Below are positions 9,374 to 20,196 of a stretch of DNA of 64,000 bases, in pieces. A program made the position numbers and the translations under genes. The notes beneath the pieces are model-generated. The model was not told the DNA's origin, did no database searches, and saw only the letters and a list, made by a program, of their open reading frames with translations. Origin of the DNA: Tubiluchus corallicola (Eukaryota > Animalia > Priapulida); contig JAQGDQ010002396.1 of the NCBI GenBank assembly GCA_030141605.1, positions 1 to 64,000 of the forward strand, read 5' to 3'. Position 1 is the stretch's first letter; each line of letters opens with the position of its first letter.

Positions 9374-10729
9374 TCAGCGCTTTTGGTTTTTTTCTATTTG
9401 GCGTTTTTTTCGGAACGCTTTCGCCCATCCTTTTTTATCAAACCGTTTAGGGCGTGTCAGCGTCAGTGATTCAGATGCGACGGTTCCGGAGACAACGCTT
9501 CCAGCGCCGATAATCGCGTCCTTCCCTATATCGACAGGCGCTATTAGAGCGCTATTAGATCCTACGAAAACGCCCTCTCCTATTGTTGTGCGATATTTAA
9601 AAAAGCCATCATAATTACAGGTGATCGTTCCCGCGCCAATATTCACGCCTGATGCCATATCCGTATCGCCAATATAGCTTAAATGGTTTGCTTTTGATCC
9701 ACAGCCAATCGTCGAGTTTTTAACTTCGACAAAGTTACCAACGCGGCAATTTTGTTTCAATTGGCTGCCTTCCCGAATACGTGCGAAAGGACCAATGACA
9801 GCCCCTGACTCAACCGTCGCGCCTTCCAGATAGGAAAAGGCGCGAACATGAACATTATCGCCCAGTAGAACGCCGGGCCCAAAAACAACAGATGGCTCGA
9901 TAAGCACATCTTTTCCTATGCGAGTATCCAAAGAAAAATAAACCGTAGAGGGATCGATAAGTGTCGCTCCACAGCTCATTGCTCTATGGCGTAATTTCTC
10001 TTGCATTAGCGTTTCCGCGCGCGCCAGATCAATACGATCATTAACCCCTAAGAGCTCCGCTTCATTTCCTTTTACAAAGGAGCATTCCAATCCCTGCCTA
10101 CTTGCCAAACCAATCACGTCTGTCAAATAGTATTCCCCTTTGGCATTATTGTTATTAATCTGATCTAAAAGAGATAATAAATAACGTCCATTTAAAGCCA
10201 TAACACCAGAGTTACATAAGGGGATTGATAACTCTTCATCGCTTGCGTCATTCACTTCCACAATGCGTTCAAGCTTCTGATCGTCTCCTGTGACCAGACG
10301 GCCATACCCTTTTGGATCAGAGGGTGTAAATCCTAAAACAACTGCTGCACACTCTGGCTTATTTTGCAGCACAGAAGTCATTTTTAAAAGCGTCTCCCTC
10401 TGCAAGAAAGGCGTGTCACCATACAAAACAAGCACGATACCATCAAACCCTTCAAGATAGTCCCTTGCCGACAGAACAGCATGTGCTGTCCCTAGTGCTT
10501 CCTTTTGAAGCACACAGGGGTATGGTGCGACAACGTCTTCCATCTCTTCCATTCCCATGCCGCGCACAATAACAGCGCGTGTCAATCCTGTAGAGCTCAA
10601 TGTTCTCAAAAGGTGGGAAACCATAGGAAAACCTGCTATTTTATGTAAAGATTTCGGTCGAGAGGAACGCATTCTCGTTCCTAACCCCGCTGACAATATA
10701 ACCGCTAAAACCTCTTTGCCCGTTCTCAT
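9374..10729 (-). CDS. glmU: Bifunctional UDP-GlcNAc pyrophosphorylase / glucosamine-1-P acetyltransferase
   Basis: LSAGLGTRM, GEYYLTD, hexapeptide repeats, NHLSYIGD, CNYDG. Confidence 0.98.
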   Translation of the reverse strand: MRTGKEVLAVILSAGLGTRMRSSRPKSLHKIAGFPMVSHLLRTLSSTGLTRAVIVRGMGMEEMEDVVAPYPCVLQKEALGTAHAVLSARDYLEGFDGIVLVLYGDTPFLQRETLLKMTSVLQNKPECAAVVLGFTPSDPKGYGRLVTGDDQKLERIVEVNDASDEELSIPLCNSGVMALNGRYLLSLLDQINNNNAKGEYYLTDVIGLASRQGLECSFVKGNEAELLGVNDRIDLARAETLMQEKLRHRAMSCGATLIDPSTVYFSLDTRIGKDVLIEPSVVFGPGVLLGDNVHVRAFSYLEGATVESGAVIGPFARIREGSQLKQNCRVGNFVEVKNSTIGCGSKANHLSYIGDTDMASGVNIGAGTITCNYDGFFKYRTTIGEGVFVGSNSALIAPVDIGKDAIIGAGSVVSGTVASESLTLTRPKRFDKKGWAKAFRKKRQIEKNQKR

Positions 10730-10910
10730 AAAAATCGCCTTATTTTATTCAGTTTGTTAATGATCTTTAATACTATCAATAAATTATTCTCTCTGAAACA
10801 TTTAAAATGATATTAGAATTAAAAGATAGGCTCTTGTCTAAAAATATTTTCTAACCTATACTGTTTTGCTGGCGCTCATAGCATAAAACAGACATACTCA
10901 AGGAAACGAT

Positions 10911-11582
10911 ATGAAACAAACCCTTATATTTGATCTCGATGGCACGCTCATTGACAGTATCGCCGGGATTCACCAAGCCGTAACACTCATGTTGCAGGAT
11001 TTTCAGCAGCCTCCTGTTTCCCTTGAAAAAGTTCGCTCCTTCGTTGGCAGTGGTCTGGATCATTTCTTTAGCTCCCTGATGAAAGAGGTCAACCTAGACA
11101 CCGTAGAAGATCATACTCCTTACCGGAAAAGCCTCTTTCAGTATTTAAATGGGCATGCTGATATTCTCGCTCTTACAAAAGCCTGGCCTGGCGTTCCTCA
11201 AACGCTTAAAACGCTACAGGAGCAAGGTTATCGTATGGGCATATGTACCAATAAGTCACAAAATATGACTCTTGCTCTTTTGGATGATCTTTCTCTGTCT
11301 CCTTTCTTTGATGCTGTTATCGGTGGTGATGTTCTACCGGACAATGTCCGCAAACCGGACCCTCGTCATATCACTGCTGTCGCGGAAAAGATGAATGCTG
11401 ATCCTAAACAGGCCGTTATGATCGGCGATCACCGAAATGATGTCCTTCCCGCTATCAAACTTGGAATTCCGGCCATTATGTGCCGATATGGCTATGGAGA
11501 AGAAGAATGCTATAGCCTGAAGGTAGCCGCAAGCATTGACCATTTTTATGATTTGCCTGAAGTATTAAAAACGATCTCATAG
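10911..11582 (+). CDS. gph: HAD hydrolase, phosphoglycolate phosphatase-like
   Basis: FDLDGTLIDS, CTNK, RKPDP, MIGD motifs; divergent from glmU as often seen in alphaproteobacteria. Confidence 0.85.
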   Translation: MKQTLIFDLDGTLIDSIAGIHQAVTLMLQDFQQPPVSLEKVRSFVGSGLDHFFSSLMKEVNLDTVEDHTPYRKSLFQYLNGHADILALTKAWPGVPQTLKTLQEQGYRMGICTNKSQNMTLALLDDLSLSPFFDAVIGGDVLPDNVRKPDPRHITAVAEKMNADPKQAVMIGDHRNDVLPAIKLGIPAIMCRYGYGEEECYSLKVAASIDHFYDLPEVLKTIS

Positions 11583-11628
11583 CGTCATTCATAAAGTACA
11601 CAGCTTTCCATGAAACAGGCAGGCACAC

Positions 11629-12525
11629 ATGCAAAAATCACTTAATACTCATAATACAACATTGATTTTTCTGATTCTTTTCGCAGGTGTGCTTGGTATT
11701 TCCCACAGCGCTATTTTTGTTCGTATGGCTCAGCAGGAAGCTCATTCTATCGCTATTGCTGCTCATCGTCTAACGCTGGCTGGAATCGTCATGCTGTTCC
11801 CTGCCCTTTTTATAACATCTAAAAGCCAGTGGATTAAAGCCTTTCAAAGCTTAAAGCAGATCTCTTTTGCCGCTTTTTTCCTTGCGGCGCATTTCGCCCT
11901 GTGGATTACCTCCATGGAATATACGTCTATCGCGAACAGCCTCGCTTTAACGACACTCAATCCTGTATGGATCGCTGTAATTAATATCATTTTATATCGG
12001 AAATTTCCTCATAAAACAGCGCTCTTAAGTATCCTTCTGTGTATTTCTGGCAGCTTTGTCATTACTGGGGGTAGCGCGCATAGTGATAATGAAGGGCAGC
12101 TTTATGGCGACCTGATGGCTTTACTTGCTGGCTTGTCTATCAGTATCAATATGCTTATAACCCAAAAAATTCGCCAGCAGATAGACTTGCTTCCTTTTGT
12201 GACTTTATGTTATATAATCGCTGGAATTTTTCTTTGGATCGTAATTGGAATCGCGGACATTCCTGCTATTCACCTTTCTTCCTACACATGGGTATCCATT
12301 ATCGCCCTAACGCTCGCTTCGCAAGTCATCGGCCATAGCGCCTTTAATCATGTCCTGAAATTTCTTGACCCGACTTTTATCGCGCTGTGTATTCTTAGCG
12401 AGCCTATTTTGGCGTCGATTTTTGGTCTGATTTATTTTCAGGAAGCGATCCCCCTGCTGACATGCATTGGAGGAGTGATGATTCTTAGCGGTATCGGTAT
12501 AAGTATTAAAACCTCATACCGATAA
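11629..12525 (+). CDS. DMT/EamA-family transporter
   Basis: About 10 TM helices in two repeats; HFALW, GHSAFN and EPI motifs. Confidence 0.9.
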   Translation: MQKSLNTHNTTLIFLILFAGVLGISHSAIFVRMAQQEAHSIAIAAHRLTLAGIVMLFPALFITSKSQWIKAFQSLKQISFAAFFLAAHFALWITSMEYTSIANSLALTTLNPVWIAVINIILYRKFPHKTALLSILLCISGSFVITGGSAHSDNEGQLYGDLMALLAGLSISINMLITQKIRQQIDLLPFVTLCYIIAGIFLWIVIGIADIPAIHLSSYTWVSIIALTLASQVIGHSAFNHVLKFLDPTFIALCILSEPILASIFGLIYFQEAIPLLTCIGGVMILSGIGISIKTSYR

Positions 12526-12554
12526 TCCGCAAGAAATGTACCTTTTTCTAGCTG

Positions 12555-15500
12555 TTAAATAGCACAGACACGGCTTAAACGATCAAACTCCCGTCCTATT
12601 ACTGTCAGCATTGATAAATCAATTGCCTCTACAGCTCGCAGCTCTGATAAAATAACCTCTAGTGTTTTAACGCTTAAATGATTCTCTTCTATCCATTGCG
12701 CTAGGATCTTTTGCGCTTTCTTAGAATCAATCTGTTTAAAGGATTGTTTCTGTCCTTGTACATAATCAAGAACTTGAGCTGTTATCGCCTGCTGGTGCGC
12801 AAAGAACGCCTCAACCTGAACCAGCAGGGCCTGCTTCTGCCAGGGGGTTTCCTGTGGTAGTCGATCCGCTAAAACCCGCAATCGATTAAAGTCAAACCGC
12901 TCACCGATAAGATACCAGATATGCGCCACATCGCACACTTCCATCTGATTGCGCCGCGAGAGCATGATAATATCAAACGCCGAGCGTAAAACACGAAGTC
13001 CTAGCACTCTTTCGGACAAGCTCTTATCAATATTCTCCTGAGCGTCTTCCTGTAAATAGCGCTTTAGCTGCTTTAGGCGCCCTGCAGGAAGAACTGAAAA
13101 TAAATTCTTCTGTAAAACGGACGCTCCTTCAGAAAACTCCTCGCAGCACGCTTTGAGATCCAGCGGGACTGGCATATTGCGCAGTAGCCATAAAACGACA
13201 TATTCAATAAATTCATTTACAGTTTTAAGCATGCGCGTTTGGCATTCTGCAGAGGTTGGGGAATCCAGCGCTTCTATTGAGGCCCACAAAGAATGGCAAT
13301 CAAAAATATGGACCGCGACTATCCAGGCGCGCGCGACATCCTCAACCGAGCACTGGCTGGTTTTCGCTATCTCAAGTGGAAATAAAATACCACAACGATT
13401 AACCATCTCATTGACCAAACGAGTCGCAACCATCTCTCGTTTTAAGCGATGATCAAGAATATCTTTCGCGAATTTCTTCTGAATAACAGTTGGAAAATAA
13501 AGCGGTAAATCGTTAAGTAAAAATGCATCCTCTAATAACGAAGAGTTCAATAATTGCTTTTGAATATAAATTTTACCATAAGACAGAAAAACACAGAGTT
13601 CTGGCCGTGTAAAAAATTGCTTGTTAGCTAAGCGCTCCTGCACTTCCTCATCGTTTGGAAGAAACTCTACAGAGCGATCTAAAATCTCCTGTTTTTCCAA
13701 TGAGACCATGAAGTCGACATATTTTTCAAACTCTTCTTGAACCGCTGACTCCATTAGCGTCAAAATCTGACCTTGGCGATAATTATCTTCTAAAACTAGC
13801 GCTGAAATCTCGTCTGTCATTTTTTCCAGAAGAATATTACGTTGTTTAAATGTCATATCTTCTCGTTCAACAATCTGCGCAAGAAGAATTTTAATATTGA
13901 CCTCATGATCCGAACAGTCAACACCTGCTGAATTATCTAGGAAATCCGTATAAATCCGTCCTCCTTCCAAGGCATACTCTATACGTCCTTTTTGCGTAAG
14001 GCCTAGATTGGCTCCTTCTGCGACCACACGGCAGCGCAGGTCCCGGCCGTTAATACGTAAAATATCATTACTGCGATCTCCTACATCAAGAGCGCTTTCA
14101 TCCTGCGCTTTGACATAAGTTCCGATACCTCCCAGCCACAATAAATCAACCTCTGCTTTTAAGAGGCGTTGAATTAACGCGTCAGGAGCCATACTACTCT
14201 TATCACTCTCTAGAAGTTTTTGAATCTGTGGTGTGAGCTGAATTCTCTTTGCCGATCGATCAAAAACGCCGCCGCCCTCAGAAATAAGCGTCTGATCATA
14301 ATCCATCCAGCTTAACTGTGGTGCGTCAAACAAGCGTTTGCGCTCATCCCAAGAGCTCTTCGCGTCAGGGTTTGGATCAATAAAAATATGACGATGATTA
14401 AACGCCGCGACAAGACGAATATGCTTTGAAAGCAACATGCCGTTTCCAAAAACATCTCCCGACATATCACCAACGCCCACAACGGTAAAATCTTCCTGTT
14501 GAACATCTTTTCCCATCTCGCGAAAATGCCGTTTTACAGACTCCCAAGCGCCACGAGCTGTAATTCCCATTTTTTTATGGTCATATCCGTAGCTTCCTCC
14601 GGAAGCAAACGCGTCACCAAGCCAAAACTTATAGTCCTGAGAAACCGCGTTGGCAAAGTCAGAAAAAGAAGCTGTTCCTTTATCTGCGGCAACAACAAGA
14701 TAAGGATCTTCATCATCATAGCAAATCGTATTTTTCGGTGGGACAATCACTGAATCAACAATATTATCCGTTAGGTCCAAAAGGCCGCTGATAAACATCT
14801 TATAGCAGGCGATTCCCTCTTCCAGCAAGGCCTCTTTATGGCTTAGGCTGCTTTCTTTGCGAACTATAAACCCTCCTTTTGAGCCTTCTGGAACAATGAC
14901 TGTATTTTTAACAATCTGCGCTTTCATCAGCGCTAGAATCTCTGTTCGGAAATCTTCCGGCCTCCCTGACCAGCGCAGTCCTCCGCGCGCTACTTTTCCA
15001 CTCCGTAAATGAACTCCTTCAACCCGCAATGAATAAACAAAAATCTCATACATAGGGCGCGGTAAAGCAAGGCCTTCCACAAGGCTGCTATCCAATTTAA
15101 ATGAAAACCATGGTTTAAAATGGCCTTTTTCATCTTTCTGATACCAGTTTGTCCGTAATGTCGCTTCAATCATTGTGATAAAATAATTTAAAATACGATC
15201 TTCATCTGCGCTTTCGACCTCTTCCAGTGCTGTTGTGATTTTCCGACGAAGATCGTCATAACATGTCTCATCGCTTTTTTCTGGGTGAAAGCGGCAGTGA
15301 AACAATTCGACTAGGTTTCGCACAATGTCAGTATTCCGCGAGCATGTTTGAATGATATAGTCCTGCGAGAACAAAACAGGAATTTGATGCATATAGCGGT
15401 AATATCCTCTTAAGATAATAACTTCTCGCCAAGATAAGCCCGCTGTTATAACTAGGCTATTAAAGCGATCATTTTCAATTTTTTCATAAAAAACATGGCA

Positions 15501-17399
15501 AAATGTATCAATGAAGCTTGCGTTGATCTCAGAAATATCAACATCCTTTTCACTGGAGACCTGCAGGCCAAAATCATGTAGCAGAACAGAAGAGGAAGGT
15601 GATGGCTTAATATGAGTTGGCATCTCATCAATCACATAAAGCCCCATATTTTCAAGCATTGGTAAAACGCGTGACAAGGGCAGCGCAGAGCCATAGTGCC
15701 AAAGTTTTAAGCGAAATTGATTTTTCGGCATGCCAATAGGGCGGTACAAACGCAGGGCTATCTTTTTATCTTCTAAAACCTGCTCTACAATCTGTGTATC
15801 AAAGGCCGCGACATCAACGCTATAATATTCCGTATAACTTGTGTCAAAAGCATTACAGTAGCGCTGGTAATAAAGCAGTCCCTGCTCTTCTCCCCAAGCT
15901 GATAAGAGCGCTTCCCGATAGCGGTCTGCCCAGACGCGGGTCGCCTGGCTGACTTTTTGGCTGATTTCATCTCCGTTAAAGCCGCACATAGCGCCATTAG
16001 GGCGCACCAAAATATGCAATCGGGCAAACGGAGACGCTGCCAGCGCAACAAAATAAGCAAAGACACTCCCATCTAGAAATTCCTCTAAAATCTCAATTAT
16101 TTTTAAACGAAGCGCTGTAGAATAGCGTTCTTTAGGGATATAGACAAGGCAAGAAAATAGCCCTCGCAGACGATCTTCCCGAACAAATACCGCTGAGGAT
16201 GGGCGCGCCAGAACTTGCAGAACCTCCAAAGAAACAGCTTGTAAATAATCCAGCGGCACTTGAAATAAATCCTCTCGAGGCCAGCGTTCTAAAATATTCA
16301 TAAGAGCACGCTCGTTATAACTGCCGTATACATATCCTGTTCTTTTTATAACTTCAGAGACTTTCTTCCGGATGAGAGGAATTGTTGAAACCGTATTATT
16401 GTAAACAGATGACGCAAAGAGCCCAGCGATACAGCTGACTCCTGTAACCTCTCCTTTTTTATTTAAGTGGCGCAAAACAACAACATCAAGATGAGACGCG
16501 CGTCGAACTGGAGAAACCACTTCTGACATCATTACTACCAGCGGATCGGTATCAGAGAATATTCGTTGCCCGCTTTCCCGCTTGGCCTCTGTTGATTCAA
16601 GATTGAGCACGCCTTCAAATCCCTGGCGGAAAATTCCTAAATCCTCACTCTTGTCATGTTGTATGGCGGCTTTTCCTTTCTTTTTCTCCACATGAAAAAA
16701 GCGATAGCCTAAAAAGGTGAAATTATGATCGCACAGCCAGGACATGAAAACAGAATCTTCACTCTTTTTATCCTTGAAAACAGCAGGAATAAGAGAGGAA
16801 ACCTTATGGCACATCAGGTCAAAATCCTCAACAGAAGCCTGAATATAATTCAACGCGTCCACAATATCCCGCCGTAGCGTTTCAAGTTGCTTATGTGGCT
16901 GGCTAAAAATCTGTATATGCATAAAGGATTCCTGGTGCGGGCTATCTTTCTGCGCTGAAGTGTTCTTTCCCAATTCTTCTATCAGTCGATTCGCATCCCG
17001 CTTTACAGCAATAATCGGATGCACTAGAAAATGAACTCCTATTCCTTTACGGCCCAGTAGCGCAACAATCGTTTCCAGTAAAAACGGTCGGTCATCTGTG
17101 ACGACCTCCACAACAACGCTGTCTGAATGCCAGCCGTTTTCCTCTAGCACAGGATGATAGACACGAACGAGATGTTCTTTTTCCTGGCGCTGTTTTCCAA
17201 ACATCCAAAGTCCTGACGCGATTGCGAACAGTTGCTCGCTTCCTACTTCCAGCAGCTCTTCAGGCTTATTGTCTGAAAATAAGGCCCTTACAAAAAATAT
17301 TAATTGCTCTCGTTCCGAATCAGCGAATGTCTCCTGAAGTTTTACAACAATTTCCTGCATAAGCTCAATAGATTGCTCTTTCTGTCTTGTTGTTGTCAT
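12555..17399 (-). CDS. gdhB: Large NAD-specific glutamate dehydrogenase
   Basis: About 1610 aa; ARGGLRWS, DPYLVVAADKGTA, GVGDMSGDVFGNG, EGANLG, DNSAGVDCSDHEVNIKI. ATG 17399 follows GGAGG. Confidence 0.97.
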   Translation of the reverse strand: MTTTRQKEQSIELMQEIVVKLQETFADSEREQLIFFVRALFSDNKPEELLEVGSEQLFAIASGLWMFGKQRQEKEHLVRVYHPVLEENGWHSDSVVVEVVTDDRPFLLETIVALLGRKGIGVHFLVHPIIAVKRDANRLIEELGKNTSAQKDSPHQESFMHIQIFSQPHKQLETLRRDIVDALNYIQASVEDFDLMCHKVSSLIPAVFKDKKSEDSVFMSWLCDHNFTFLGYRFFHVEKKKGKAAIQHDKSEDLGIFRQGFEGVLNLESTEAKRESGQRIFSDTDPLVVMMSEVVSPVRRASHLDVVVLRHLNKKGEVTGVSCIAGLFASSVYNNTVSTIPLIRKKVSEVIKRTGYVYGSYNERALMNILERWPREDLFQVPLDYLQAVSLEVLQVLARPSSAVFVREDRLRGLFSCLVYIPKERYSTALRLKIIEILEEFLDGSVFAYFVALAASPFARLHILVRPNGAMCGFNGDEISQKVSQATRVWADRYREALLSAWGEEQGLLYYQRYCNAFDTSYTEYYSVDVAAFDTQIVEQVLEDKKIALRLYRPIGMPKNQFRLKLWHYGSALPLSRVLPMLENMGLYVIDEMPTHIKPSPSSSVLLHDFGLQVSSEKDVDISEINASFIDTFCHVFYEKIENDRFNSLVITAGLSWREVIILRGYYRYMHQIPVLFSQDYIIQTCSRNTDIVRNLVELFHCRFHPEKSDETCYDDLRRKITTALEEVESADEDRILNYFITMIEATLRTNWYQKDEKGHFKPWFSFKLDSSLVEGLALPRPMYEIFVYSLRVEGVHLRSGKVARGGLRWSGRPEDFRTEILALMKAQIVKNTVIVPEGSKGGFIVRKESSLSHKEALLEEGIACYKMFISGLLDLTDNIVDSVIVPPKNTICYDDEDPYLVVAADKGTASFSDFANAVSQDYKFWLGDAFASGGSYGYDHKKMGITARGAWESVKRHFREMGKDVQQEDFTVVGVGDMSGDVFGNGMLLSKHIRLVAAFNHRHIFIDPNPDAKSSWDERKRLFDAPQLSWMDYDQTLISEGGGVFDRSAKRIQLTPQIQKLLESDKSSMAPDALIQRLLKAEVDLLWLGGIGTYVKAQDESALDVGDRSNDILRINGRDLRCRVVAEGANLGLTQKGRIEYALEGGRIYTDFLDNSAGVDCSDHEVNIKILLAQIVEREDMTFKQRNILLEKMTDEISALVLEDNYRQGQILTLMESAVQEEFEKYVDFMVSLEKQEILDRSVEFLPNDEEVQERLANKQFFTRPELCVFLSYGKIYIQKQLLNSSLLEDAFLLNDLPLYFPTVIQKKFAKDILDHRLKREMVATRLVNEMVNRCGILFPLEIAKTSQCSVEDVARAWIVAVHIFDCHSLWASIEALDSPTSAECQTRMLKTVNEFIEYVVLWLLRNMPVPLDLKACCEEFSEGASVLQKNLFSVLPAGRLKQLKRYLQEDAQENIDKSLSERVLGLRVLRSAFDIIMLSRRNQMEVCDVAHIWYLIGERFDFNRLRVLADRLPQETPWQKQALLVQVEAFFAHQQAITAQVLDYVQGQKQSFKQIDSKKAQKILAQWIEENHLSVKTLEVILSELRAVEAIDLSMLTVIGREFDRLSRVCAI

Positions 17400-17635
17400 A
17401 GACAAGCCTCCTTAGTGCATTATTTATATCTGTTTTTAATTCTAAAATAAAATCCATTTATAAATAATATCTCATCTACAAAAATAGTAAACAAAATACG
17501 TCCATAACTTTCTAAAAACTACGCTCTTTTTCATCGTGTATTTTCTTAAAAAGACTATTGAATTTCTATCCATGGAAATACATACTGTTTATTTCGCCAC
17601 ATTCACCCTTTAACCCGTAAGACTCTACTTACATT

Positions 17636-19858
17636 ATGGCAATACAAAGCAAATCTGAAAAAACACTATTTTATCAAGGCGATTGTGTCACTGTTCTTCT
17701 TCCGGTAAATACAGAAAAAAGCTGGGACTATCGTATTAACTCTCCTATCAAGCTGACCATAGGCGATTTTGTTCGTGTGCCTTTCGCAAGCCGGCTTCTT
17801 GTTGGGGTTGTCTTGGGAAAAGCTTGCGATTCTCTTCCGCCTGAAAAAATAAAGCCTGTTAAAGAGTCTATAGGTGATATTCCCCCTTTAAGCTTATCAA
17901 TATTGCGTTTTATTGAATGGGTTGCAAACTATACGCTTGCCACAAGAGGCAATATACTGAAGATGGTTCTTAGCGTTCCTGACGCCTTCTTTCCTGTCAA
18001 AGAGCAAACACAAACACTTTGTTTTCCAGGGAGTCCGTCTTCTTCCGCGCTAAAACAGACAGCTGCCCGTAAAAAGCTTCTCAGTGCCCTTGCGATATAC
18101 CCGCCTTCTTCTCCGAGGGATTTAGCAAAACACGCTGGTGTCAGTCTTTCTGTTGTCAAAACGCTGATCGACTCAGGAGCCATTCAGTGTCACACGGAAA
18201 AAATTCCTCATAAATCCATTGGATTGATCAATCCTCTGGATTACAGGGGTGCCTTTCTTTCTGAAGAGCAACAAAAAGCCACCCGCCAATGTCTGGATAT
18301 CTTCCATCAGAAAAAATTCTCTACAATTTTATTGGATGGTGTTACGGGGTCGGGAAAAACCGAAGTTTATTTTAATATTATCGTTCAGGCTCTGAAGCAA
18401 AAAAAATCCGCTTTGATTCTTCTTCCGGAGATCGCTTTAAGCACTCAATGGATAAAGCGTTTTCAGCAGCGTTTTCAAGCGGCTCCAGCCTGCTGGCATT
18501 CTGAGATGTCTCCTGCTGATCGAAAAAAAACATGGCGCGCCATCGCCACAGGAGAATCCCAGGTTGTTGTTGGGGCGAGGTCTGCTCTTTTTCTTCCTTT
18601 TCCTAGCCTTGGGCTCATCATTGTTGATGAGGAGCATGAAAATTCCTACAAACAGGAAGATAATGTCATCTATAACGCTCGGGATATGGCCGTTGTCAAG
18701 AGCAAATGCCTTAATATCCCTATTATTCTATCTTCTGCGACTCCTTCTTTAGAAACGATTGTCAATGCGCGCCTGGGAAAATATACCCGTGTTAAGCTGG
18801 AAAAAAGGCATGGTGGCGCGTCACTGCCAAAGGTAGCGCTTATTAACATGCGCGACCATAGCCTGCCAAACCATCAATGGATTTCTAATTATCTCATTGA
18901 AAATATACAGCAGACAATCGACAAAAAAGAGCAAGCGCTACTTTTTCTCAACAGACGTGGATATGCCCCTCTTGTTCTTTGCAAATCCTGCGGACACAGG
19001 ATGCAATGCCCCCATTGCACAGCCTGGCTTGTTCACCATAAAATCCACCTTCTGCAATGTCATCACTGCTCTTTTCATATAAAGCTTCCGCTCCACTGTC
19101 CTTCCTGTGAAAACAAAAACACTCTCATATCCTGTGGTCCTGGTGTTGAAAGAATCGCTGAGGAAATCCGTCAAAAACTTCCGCAGGCTCGTACATTGAT
19201 CGCGACAAGCGATACGATCAAAACCCCGAAAGACGCTCAAGCAATGGCTGACGCCATAGAGCAGAAAGAGGTCGATATTCTGATCGGAACGCAAATTATC
19301 GCTCGAGGATATCATTTTCCTCTCTTGACACTAGCGGGTGTAGTAGACGCCGATATTGGTCTTGATGGTGGTGATCTACGCGCTTGTGAAAAAACATGGC
19401 AGCTTCTTCATCAAGTTGCGGGTCGTACAGGTCGAGGAAAGCGATCAGGAAATGTTTTTCTTCAAACCTATATGCCCGATCATCCCGTTATGAAGGCTTT
19501 GGAAAACAATAATCACCAGCAATTTCTCGATGCGGAAATCTCATCCCGAAAACATGTTAATATGCCTCCCTTCGGCCATCTGGCTGCGTTAATTTTATCC
19601 GCGAAAAATGAGCAGGCTCTCGAGAAAACAGCGCAATATATGCAAAAAACAGCTCCTAAAATACAAAGTGTCGATATTTTAGGCCCTGCGCCTGCGCCTC
19701 TTGCTATTTTGCGAGGGCGCCATAGAAAACGTTTTCTGATTAAAGCCGATCGCCATATAAAATTACAGCCTGTTATCCGCCAGTGGCTACAGGCAACTGG
19801 GAAGCTTCCTTCAAATATCCGCCTACAAATTGATATCGATCCGTGGAGCTTTCTATAA
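17636..19858 (+). CDS. priA: Primosomal protein N'
   Basis: GVTGSGKT, DEEH, four CxxC zinc pairs, QVAGRTGR, DIDP C-terminus. Confidence 0.98.
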   Translation: MAIQSKSEKTLFYQGDCVTVLLPVNTEKSWDYRINSPIKLTIGDFVRVPFASRLLVGVVLGKACDSLPPEKIKPVKESIGDIPPLSLSILRFIEWVANYTLATRGNILKMVLSVPDAFFPVKEQTQTLCFPGSPSSSALKQTAARKKLLSALAIYPPSSPRDLAKHAGVSLSVVKTLIDSGAIQCHTEKIPHKSIGLINPLDYRGAFLSEEQQKATRQCLDIFHQKKFSTILLDGVTGSGKTEVYFNIIVQALKQKKSALILLPEIALSTQWIKRFQQRFQAAPACWHSEMSPADRKKTWRAIATGESQVVVGARSALFLPFPSLGLIIVDEEHENSYKQEDNVIYNARDMAVVKSKCLNIPIILSSATPSLETIVNARLGKYTRVKLEKRHGGASLPKVALINMRDHSLPNHQWISNYLIENIQQTIDKKEQALLFLNRRGYAPLVLCKSCGHRMQCPHCTAWLVHHKIHLLQCHHCSFHIKLPLHCPSCENKNTLISCGPGVERIAEEIRQKLPQARTLIATSDTIKTPKDAQAMADAIEQKEVDILIGTQIIARGYHFPLLTLAGVVDADIGLDGGDLRACEKTWQLLHQVAGRTGRGKRSGNVFLQTYMPDHPVMKALENNNHQQFLDAEISSRKHVNMPPFGHLAALILSAKNEQALEKTAQYMQKTAPKIQSVDILGPAPAPLAILRGRHRKRFLIKADRHIKLQPVIRQWLQATGKLPSNIRLQIDIDPWSFL

Positions 19859-19910
19859 ATCACTCTATCTTCACTTCGGTATATTCTCTAAACAATGTTC
19901 AAAATCGCTA

Positions 19911-19939
19911 TTGACACAAGCGTTTCTGTTAGGCATGAT
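19911..19939 (+). promoter_or_regulatory. Sigma70-type promoter upstream of the leuA leader
   Basis: TTGACA-N17-CATGAT. Confidence 0.6.
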
Positions 19940-20051
19940 ACGATTTATCAGAGTCATGTCATGTAACCCGAGCCGTGGATCACACAGTATGTTTAGAAAT
20001 GTCTTATCAGGAATATTAGCATTTCCGGATTTCAGTCGTTTTCAACAGAGA

Positions 20052-20141
20052 ATGCTGTGTTCTTTTGCCTTTTTTTTCTATCTCCTTCGACTTAGCAGCC
20101 CCTGAATGTTAAGATGAGCGATACGTGCAAGCATTCAGGGG
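20052..20141 (+). promoter_or_regulatory. Putative leuA attenuator: leader peptide MLCSFAFFFYLLRLSSP (20052-20105) plus hairpin (20099-20141)
   Basis: Short ORF with Leu codons clustered near its stop; the stop lies in the 5' arm of a 12-bp stem CCCCTGAATGTT / AGCATTCAGGGG. Confidence 0.6.
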
Positions 20142-20196
20142 AAAATGTTATTCGCACATTGAGCTACGATATTTTTTTAAATAAAGGTAAATTTCC

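Noticed and set aside
19830-20105. 91-aa ORF as a protein-coding gene
   Set aside because: It overlaps the priA end and the predicted promoter; only its 3' part is plausible, as the leuA leader peptide.
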